Assembly: GCA_025594325.1 (NCBI GenBank)
Contig: JANHCV010000014.1
Coordinates: 620,001-684,000 of the forward strand
Source of the DNA: Blastocladiella emersonii ATCC 22665
Taxonomy: Eukaryota; Fungi; Blastocladiomycota
Direction of reading: 5' to 3'
DNA: 64,000 nucleotides
The translations under genes were made by a program, and so were the position numbers. Numbering within the stretch: the first letter of the stretch is position 1; every line of letters begins with the position of its first letter. Below are positions 56,508-64,000 of this stretch, one piece after another. The notes beneath the pieces are model-generated. The model searched no databases and had not been told where the DNA came from. It saw only the letters and a program-made list of their open reading frames with translations.

Positions 56508-56706
56508 GCGGGTAGGAGGTAGGTATGGTGTGTGCGCGGTGGCCGAGTCTGTTTCGACCTGCGCAGAGTACACAGTTTTGTACTTGACGCGTTCTGGTCG
56601 TACGATAGAACGCTTCGCCAGCACCGCTGGCTTCTCCCTCACTCGCACAGCGCGAGCAAGAGCCGGAAGAGCGGGGCTGCGAGACATGGGAGACGCGTCA
56701 AGATAT

Positions 56707-56746
56707 CATGTGACTCGCACGTGACGTGACCGACGCGTCGTTCAAG
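56707..56746 (+). promoter_or_regulatory. CATGTGA...GACGCGTCGT(T)CAAG block shared with the C3 promoter (59590-59614)
   Basis: Direct sequence match; contains E-box and ACGCGT cores. Confidence 0.5.
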
Positions 56747-56998
56747 GCTGGAGACGACGCGTTTCAATCTTGGCAGCTCTCGCACGACCGCGTAGATCGC
56801 GTGTACCATGAAAGTGTATGAAAGTGGCCGCTGGTCGCAACTCGCATGTCGTGGGAACTGGAGCCAAGGCGAAGGCTGGGGGATGGGAATCGGCGCAATC
56901 AAGCGCGACAGCGTTGGCGAACAGCGCCCGCGACTCTAAACTTGAACCCCACTCGTCGACGCGCCCTCTCTCTCTCTCCCGACGACACTCAATCGGCC

Positions 56999-59407
56999 AT
57001 GAAACTAATGGAAACTCCTGGCGACTTGGTGCAACGTGCCGCGGTCGGTGCTTCGAGGCATGGCGGCCAGTCGGGCGTCCCCGCCGCCACATCGCTCAGG
57101 TTGCTTCCCGACGAGATCGTGACCATGGTCTTGCAGCAGGCGCAGCCGCGCTCGGTCGTCTGCGCTTCCTCTCGCATCCTGTTCACAGCCGCGCATGTGC
57201 CCTCCATCGGCCGCATTTGGGCTCCCGTGGTGCTTCGCCGTTACATCAACCCGCAGCTCACTGAATCTTTCGAGCACCTTCCTTTGGCCTGGGTCCACTC
57301 CGAGATTGGTGTTGTGGCTGCTCAGCCGCTCTTTGCTCCTCACTTGGACGAGCCGCTTGCAGGCGTCGCGGAACCAGACCCGTACCTAGTCTACGTGCTC
57401 ATGGACGGCTTGCTCTACGACTTGCGAGCTTACGCCAAGCGGCACTGGAGAACGTTTCCCCATGCTATTGACTGGGCCCTGCTCGCGCATTTTCTGGGCC
57501 CAGAGGGCGACTTTGCCAAGGATCGGCCCCGCTTTCCTGTACATCCGCACCTCGTCTCCCCGTTTATCATCCTCGCAATGGCTGTTCAAATGGATGACGC
57601 TTACCTGCTCGCGGCGCTGATTGACGCCGTTGAGCGGAACCTCTCTGAGTTGCTTCGCGCCAGCAATCACGCACTCTTGTGGTGGTCACTGACTTTCCAA
57701 AGCCAGCTACTCTGCGCCCAGTACAACGTGAGCGGAGCATATGGGTCAACGATCCATGTCTCGTTCGTTGGGCAGCTACTCCTGTTCGCGGCCGTGTCCT
57801 GGAGCAACAAGTGCGTTCACGTTCTCAGCGACCCGCGATTTGGCCTCGATATGCGCGGCCTTCCCCACGTCCTCGGCGATAACGTGCTTCCTCTCTTTGC
57901 AATCTCGGCTCTCGTCGAGCACAAAAATCGGCCGTTTGTGGAGCTCCTGCCAATTCTTCACTGGCTCCTTTGTACGCGCAGGCCGGGACCCATGCGCGCG
58001 CCCAACGGAACCCATCTAGCTGTCCTCTTGACGGGTCGAGTCCCTTGGGGCTGCTTTGTTCACGTAGCAAGCTTGTTTCCAACCTGTCTCACTGACGGCC
58101 TCGAGCAAGCGGACTTGAACGAAATTTCCTCCGAAGTTTAGACGTGGGACCTCATGGATGAAAGCGCCTACCATCTCACGCTTTTGAACAAGCTCGGTTT
58201 CCTTGACAACACCGCCTGGGGTCACGTCATATTGTGCGGTCTCATCCAGGATGGGGGCACCGGCGCTGGCGCGCTCTCGCAGTTTGCTTCGAGTCAGGTT
58301 GGACTCGGCTTTCAATCTGCGCTTGCTGATGGTACGTCGAATCTGTCAAGTAAACGTCACTGATTGTCCTGACTACTCACTCCCACTCCACGCGGCATCC
58401 GAGTAGCTTTGTACTTGAGCGTGAAGCGCGACTGTCGCGGTGGTGGTAGCGCGGTCAGCCTGCTCACACTTGCCAGCCGCAGGCTTGGCAAAGGTCCTTT
58501 CAGATTAGCAGTGCATGCATTTGCCACAGCGATTGCTGAAGCTCTTCTCGAGACGGAGCATCTAGATCAAACTGGGCTCTCTCGCATTGTCGTCATTGAG
58601 CGCGCACTAAACGACTTGGTCAGAGGAGTCAAGTGGGCGCTCGGTCGGTGGACTTGCTTCGTCCTCGCAAACCAGATCATGCACTTGCTAGGACCGATCG
58701 GCCTTTCCAATATCATGGAGCTGTCATCGACTCTGGCGGCGGTCCTCAATGACCCCGCAACGCGCGACCCTGCACTTGCACATATTCACTGGAGTGGAAC
58801 TGCGCGCGCAATGCTGGATACCATGATCTCCCACCAGCTACGCTCGGGTCCGTTCGTACTCACGCCGGGCGTACTTGCAATGACTAAGCGCTGCTTTCGA
58901 TTCACGCACGAGTCGTGGTTTGATGCCATGTCGCAGCTCCAGCAGGTCGCACTTGCGGATCGTAAACCTGACGAGGCAGCAGCGCCTGCAACGTCATTCC
59001 CGATTGGTATTCGGTCGAGTATCAACTCTCAAATGATCACGGGCTCTCGAGGAGGGCTGCACGACCATCTCGTCCGTGAGCGCGAGGCACCCGCAGGTCT
59101 CGACACTTGCCCCCACTGCGGCGGGAGGTTGGTACTCCGTCTGCGCCGCACGTACGAGTTTCTCACCCGCAACGAGCTCGCAGCAACTCTCGACGCGTGC
59201 GAGGTCCTGATGCCGGTCGCTTTTTGGGAACTCGTACCAGACGGCGAGCTTGACCGTGTCAAGGACGTTGCTTGGATCGCGGCTTTGGTGCGCCAGGCGA
59301 AGCTTCACCTTGATGCTGAGATGTTCGACGCGACGATCCGCGAACTTGCTCGTGTTGCGCCCGTCGCCTCGAGCTCTGCCGAGTTCGTTAGCGCGACGCT
59401 TGAGTAG
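56999..59407 (+). pseudogene. Large F-box-like family C copy 2; intron 58332-58406; in-frame TAG at 58139-58141
   Basis: 'LRLLPDEIVTMVLQQA'; frame continues through TAG to 'TWDLMDESAYHLTLLNKLGFL'; splice G|CT joins ORF 58409-59407. Confidence 0.75.
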
Positions 59408-59674
59408 CGTTCAGTGAGGTTGCATGAGGCGTCTGATGATCTCGTTTGTTGTGATTTTTTATGCAATCTGTACGAAAATTCCTCCTCTTTTGCTATTCAA
59501 ACTTGCGTCATCGTCCAGAGGTCAGTGTGTGACGTGCAAGATGAGGACGTCGGGTCGGTCGGGGCTGGAGGAGGGACGCGTCGATCAATCATGTGATCGC
59601 GACGCGTCGTCAAGCCACTTCGGTTCTCACGCCTCGAGCCCAGCTCGCGCTCCCCTGCGAATCACAACACGACC

Positions 59675-62077
59675 ATGAATCGGATGGATGACCGCTTACA
59701 CTTGATGCAACGTGCTCTCGGCGCTGGCGGCGATGCCGATATGCCACCAGTTGCACCACCGGCCGAACTCGCCACGCTTCCGGACATGCTCCTCACGTCG
59801 ATTCTTCAACTCGCATGCCCTCGCTCGATCTCTTGCATCGCATCTCGCGCTCTTCTCGGCCCAGCTCGCGAGCTGAGCCTCAACCGCATTTGGGCGCCTG
59901 TCGTGCTTCGCCACTTCATCAACCCTCGGCTTCTCGCAGGCTACAAGGCCAAGCGGAGCAACCGCAGATTTTCCGAGACCGGTTTCGTTCTCGACCAATC
60001 TTTCGTGCTTTCGTTCGAAGCGATATCAATCGAGCGAACCGCGCCGCCCAGCCCACAGCTCTTGCTCGCGCTAATGAAGGGGTACCTGTTCGACATTCGT
60101 CACCACGCACAGGGCAACTGTTTGGTTTCCAATGGAGCGCTTTTTTGGGCCCTCATTGATCACGTCAGCCCTTTGTCGGACCAAGCAAACCGGAAGAAAC
60201 ACAAGCCCCAATTCGATGTACATCCGCACCTTATCGCACCGTTTCTGATCCTCGCAGGCGCTGTGTGGCAAGACGACCTTGTCCTGCTCAAACAGCTGCT
60301 TCGTTCCTTCGGCCCTAAAATTCCTCACGTCCTCAAAGCGCTCCTCTCGGCGCGCGCTTGGCTACGCCTCACGCTGTCAACCGAGTTGTTCGTTCCCCGG
60401 CTACCTCAGATCGGGGTAGGCCGCGGTAATATCACGTTCCTCTCATACCTCCTGATTCTTTCCGCGCTCTCGTGGAGCAGCAAGTGCTTTCGCTTTCTAA
60501 GCGGCCCATTCATGACAAACAATCCGGGCCTCAAAGTCGACCTGGAAAGTCTTGCGCATGCACTTGGCGATAACGCGATAGCCGCGCTTTCTCTCTCGCA
60601 GCTTGTCTACGAGAATCGGCCTCCCGACACTCTCAAACCAATTTTTGACTGGTTCATGTCCACGTGCAAGCCGGGTGCCTTGCAAGTTCGTGGTGCCCAC
60701 ATCGTACTCGACCTGATCCGTGGGTCATCTTGGGCCTATCTTTCCTATATCGTCGAGCACTACCCTGGTCCTATCAAACTTGGCTTTGAGCGCGCTAACA
60801 AGCTCTTGGCATGGATGTTCTTCTTGAAGAAGAATCCAGAGAAGGTCGACTTGGCCTTTGTCATGACTCTCGAGGCGCTTGAGCTCCTCGACTGTTCCAG
60901 GGCTTGGGCTTACGTGCTTGCCATTGGACTGATGCAGGACGAAGGTACTGGCATTGGCGCAGTTTCGAGGCTCGCTGTTGATCGACTTGGCTCTGACCTC
61001 AAAGATGACGTTTCGTTTGGTGCGTGAAAAGGCCTCGAAAACCCTTAGTACCTGACCAATGCTTAAATTTTGCAACTATGTAGCGACTGCAGTCGGCTCG
61101 GAAGGGTCGCATGAAGGCCGTTGCAGCGCAACCAGCGTGTTACTATTTGGACATAGCCAGTTTGGGGGCGCTCAACTCGAAGTCATGATGCCCCAGATCG
61201 CCAAGAACATCTTGAAAGCCTATCACATTCACCGACTGGAGCAGCGTGATCCTTCTGCCCACGTCACTTTTATCAGCGCTTGCTTGGACCGACCATTTGC
61301 TTGCACTGAGCGACAGCTGATCCCGTGGCACCTCCTCTGCCTCGCGAACGAGCTGTTTGCAGCACGTGAGATTTACGCGCTGCCGACTCTCGGGGCGATC
61401 GGATGGGTCCCGGCTGTTGTTCTCACCGATCCATCGACGCGGACAGCTGCACTTGACAGTATTCGCAACAGCGGCACAGCGGCATCGTTCTTCGCATCCA
61501 TGCTCACAAGCCAGCTCGAGCAGCGCGCGACGCGGTTTCCGGCCAACTTGCCCGCGGAAACCGATACCTGCCTTCTCCAGGCCCATGATTCGTGGTTTGA
61601 GGCCATGTCCGAGCTCCATCAAATCGCACACAACGCCAGGCGACCGACCCAGCCTCGCTACTCTCCGCGGGAGTGATTTCACTGATCCAGCAGCAAATGC
61701 TCAACGGGCCGCAGAACGGCCTTCAAGCACTTCTCGACGCAGAGCTGGCCGATGCTGCCTGTTGCGGAGCTTGCCCTCGATGCGGCGCAACGTTGGTCCC
61801 GCCGCCCCGTCGCACGTACGAGTTTCTCGCATTGACCGAGCTACGCTTGACGCTCGAGGCGGTCCAGACCGACTCTGTGGTCCCGCTCGCTTTTTGGGAG
61901 CTAGTTCCGTCCGGCGCTCTTGACAACGTCAAGGACGCGGCCTGGATTGCTGACATGGCGCGCAAATCGAAGCACGAACTTGACGCCGACACGTCGGCCG
62001 CTATCATTCGTGAGCTCCGCCGCGTCGCACCGGCGGCTTCGAGCTCGACCGCTTCCTGCGATGCGTCCCTCGAATGA
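59675..62077 (+). pseudogene. Large F-box-like family C copy 3; intron 61020-61083; 1-nt deletion frameshift at ~61635
   Basis: 'LATLPDMLLTSILQLA'; exon-2 frame ends at 61676 while the homologous C-terminus 'GVISLIQQQMLNG...FWELVPSGALDNVKD' is in the -1 frame. Confidence 0.75.
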
Positions 62078-62391
62078 CCTTGCACGCGCTCGAAGCTCCA
62101 TGGCGCGCGGCTGCCTTGATACGGCGGGCCGACCAAAATATTTTTAACCCGATTGCATTTCCAATCAACTGCCTACCACGTACCCGAAGCTAGTTTGAGG
62201 GGTTTGTACAAGCAATGCGGCCGGAAAACGCGTCCAAACGCGTTGCGACAGGAGTGACAGGTGGATCAGCTGATGCTCGCCGAGGGCCGAGTTGAGGCGG
62301 CGCAGCGGGCGGCCGTCCCGCCGCGGCCGTTCTCCTCCTCCAGTTGTTTCCCAAAGATGCCCTGTGCTACATCATGCAACCGAAAAAGTCC

Positions 62392-64000
62392 ATGCAAACG
62401 CAAATGAAAGTCAAACTTGCTATTCCCGAGATCATAGACCGGATCCTCGTCGCGGCCATCAACTCGCACGTCCCCAGCAATGTCGCCCTTACCGGTGGCA
62501 TTGTCGACCTGCGCAAGCTTTCCGCATACTCTCGCGTCTTGCCTCGCGACCAGATCCCGGGTGTTTTTCGAGCTCTGTCGGCACTTGTGGTGAAGCTTCC
62601 GATCAGCACAGCAAGCAACTTTGGACTGCTTAACTTCCTTCGCTTCCGCTCCGGATACGGTCTTCCCCTGCTTTGCGACTTTTCTTTCCTCACCCAGGCT
62701 GCGTCCAGAAAAATGTATGACGTCCTCGACTTTTGGCGCGACTCGGGGGTCCAACTTCACAACCTCGGCAGAATCCTCGAGCTGCCCGAGACTGCTCGCG
62801 TCCTCCTGTTTGGAACTGTCTCCCCGCCTTTCCACTCAGACGCTCCAAGCCGATTTGCTCGCGGTGACGCTCTCTGCCGAGACCTTCTCGCAGCCGTCCC
62901 TCGGGGCGAGACGATGATTTCTATCGACCGCGCGCTTCTTTCAGAGGAGGGCACGACTTTGCTTAACCGCGCCCTATCGGTCCCTGGTCACCCCGTCACT
63001 TCGCTCACCCTTGTCATGGTCGACCTCAACTGGGACCGCCTTCGTGCGATTCAGCTTCCGTCCTCGCTAGAGTCGCTCCACCTTGAATCGAACCGACTCG
63101 CGCATCGGTGCCCCGCGGACCCGGCGCCTTGGCTTCCAAACACGCTTTCGTCGCTGACTCTTCGCAAGGAATGCCTTGGTTATGCGGGTCTCGCCGACCA
63201 CCTCAAGCACTTGCCATCGGGCCTCACCTCTCTGTCGTTGGACGAGTGCGAAATGGACTTGGCCGCTTTCAACCATCTCGCTGCCGGTCTGCCTGCTTCG
63301 CTTCGATCCCTGTCCATCACTCGATGCTCGATGGGCAACCGGGCTTTGGCGGCGCTGGCCCAGAAACTTCCCTCAACTTTGCTGTCGCTAGACTTGACCA
63401 AAAATGCCCTCTCGAACAAGGGCATGATTGCGCTCGCCCAGCACTTGCCCTCCAGCCTCGAATCGTTGATCCTTGATGACAACCCAAAGGTCGGCATGCC
63501 CGGCCTCCACGCCCTCCTCAACGCTCTCCCGGCTGGTCTTCAACGTCTTCAGCTGCGAGATGGTTGTACTGACGCTTGCGCCCTTGTGGCCCTCGCTGGT
63601 CGCGAACGCCCATCACTTAAGCACCTCGACCTCTCAGGCAGCGTTTGTTATTCGGTCGACTGGAACTCGCACCCAAACTTTAGTTTTCTTGCCGGGTCCG
63701 CTTGGAACACGACTCCAGCCTTCCCTGCAATCGAGGAGCTACGCATGGCAGGCTTCCAATTTTACAAATCAGAGAACGCAACGGCCGTGCTCCCGCGGAT
63801 CCTTGGCCCCAAGCTTCAGCGACTCGATCTCAACGGTTGCGGGGTCGGCGACGCTGGCGTCGACGCGATTCTTGAATGCGCAACGCCAGCCCTTACCCAC
63901 CTCGACCTGACAATGTGTGGCGTCCAAAACGCCGGTGCAGCATCTCTTGCTACGCGGCTGCCCGCGTCCGTGACTTGGCTGAATCTTGACGGCAATGGGA
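62392..64000 (+). CDS. Ankyrin-like + RNI-type LRR protein B3, intronless as far as visible, runs off the window end (absent from the ORF track)
   Basis: Hand translation open from ATG 62392 (or 62374) to 64000: 'IPEIIDRILVAA', 'DVLDFWRDSG', LRRs 'LPSSLESLHLESNRL', 'LPSTLLSLDLTKNALSNKG', 'LQRLDLNGCGVGDAG'. Confidence 0.85.
   Translation, partial: MQTQMKVKLAIPEIIDRILVAAINSHVPSNVALTGGIVDLRKLSAYSRVLPRDQIPGVFRALSALVVKLPISTASNFGLLNFLRFRSGYGLPLLCDFSFLTQAASRKMYDVLDFWRDSGVQLHNLGRILELPETARVLLFGTVSPPFHSDAPSRFARGDALCRDLLAAVPRGETMISIDRALLSEEGTTLLNRALSVPGHPVTSLTLVMVDLNWDRLRAIQLPSSLESLHLESNRLAHRCPADPAPWLPNTLSSLTLRKECLGYAGLADHLKHLPSGLTSLSLDECEMDLAAFNHLAAGLPASLRSLSITRCSMGNRALAALAQKLPSTLLSLDLTKNALSNKGMIALAQHLPSSLESLILDDNPKVGMPGLHALLNALPAGLQRLQLRDGCTDACALVALAGRERPSLKHLDLSGSVCYSVDWNSHPNFSFLAGSAWNTTPAFPAIEELRMAGFQFYKSENATAVLPRILGPKLQRLDLNGCGVGDAGVDAILECATPALTHLDLTMCGVQNAGAASLATRLPASVTWLNLDGNG

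Noticed and set aside
12474-58141. TAG reassigned to an amino acid (in-frame TAGs in the GTPase and C2)
   Set aside because: TAG and TAA terminate several clearly intact genes here (e.g. BTB2, LMBR1-like, RCM1, ARG8), and no core gene has internal stops.
35540-61680. Programmed ribosomal frameshifting in families A and C
   Set aside because: Shift sites differ in position and direction between paralogues and lack a shared slippery motif; A2 needs none.
29500-64000. Endogenous giant virus (F-box, ankyrin, BTB and LRR expansions are typical of large DNA viruses)
   Set aside because: No capsid, polymerase, packaging ATPase or other hallmark gene seen; genes carry host-type introns and are interleaved with core genes. 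Remote viral ancestry cannot be excluded without phylogeny.
1-64000. Numerous long antisense or alternate-frame ORFs in the track (e.g. 1528-3264, 5027-6523, 7831-9600, 19724-21574, 21568-23631, 24048-26057, 51232-52686)
   Set aside because: Shadows of GC-rich real genes; Arg/Ala/Pro/Gly-rich with no recognisable motifs.
1-64000. tRNA, rRNA, LTR or DNA-transposon features
   Set aside because: No cloverleaf, rRNA-like tract, LTR pair, terminal inverted repeats or transposase/RT motifs recognised by eye; tRNAscan, Infernal and RepeatModeler would be needed to exclude them.

Overview
Eukaryotic, GC-rich, gene-dense window with short spliceosomal introns (mostly 53-76 nt; GTACGY/GTGCGT donors, GCTGAC/CTAAC branch points, YAG acceptors). 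Gene content (class-A opsin-like GPCR, degenerate-ankyrin+LRR family) suggests a zoosporic fungus, probably Blastocladiomycota; this is inference. Two compartments alternate. (1) Intact core genes with strongly G/C-ending codons: SPP1/CXXC1-like, RPP40, RCM1/NSUN5, ODC-type mitochondrial carrier, CAP2, ECHDC1-like, opsin-like GPCR, LMBR1-like, COX16, START/PCTP, EI24, ARG8, TOM5, plus two tandem secreted low-complexity cationic proteins. (2) Lower-GC accessory blocks (about 9.9-13.6, 29.5-41.3, 44.4-49.5, 54-64 kb) filled with paralogue arrays: four MATH-like/BTB genes, six large F-box-like proteins of one new superfamily (two subfamilies, shared mid-gene phase-1 intron), three ankyrin-like+LRR genes and an AIG1/GIMAP-like GTPase; an intact 4-helix-bundle+pseudokinase (MLKL-like architecture) lies next to the first block. 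Five of the six large F-box-like genes and the GTPase carry frameshifts or premature stops while no core gene does. Unrelated accessory families share upstream motifs. Together these suggest a co-regulated, fast-turnover ubiquitin-adaptor/innate-immunity-like system (hypothesis). Also found: a 5'-truncated LINE-like insertion with a perfect 16-bp TSD, a triplicated exon-intron unit in a 5'UTR, a GC-AG intron and an inverted pseudogene fragment that could form a hairpin. Gene models were spliced and translated by eye; no database searches were run.
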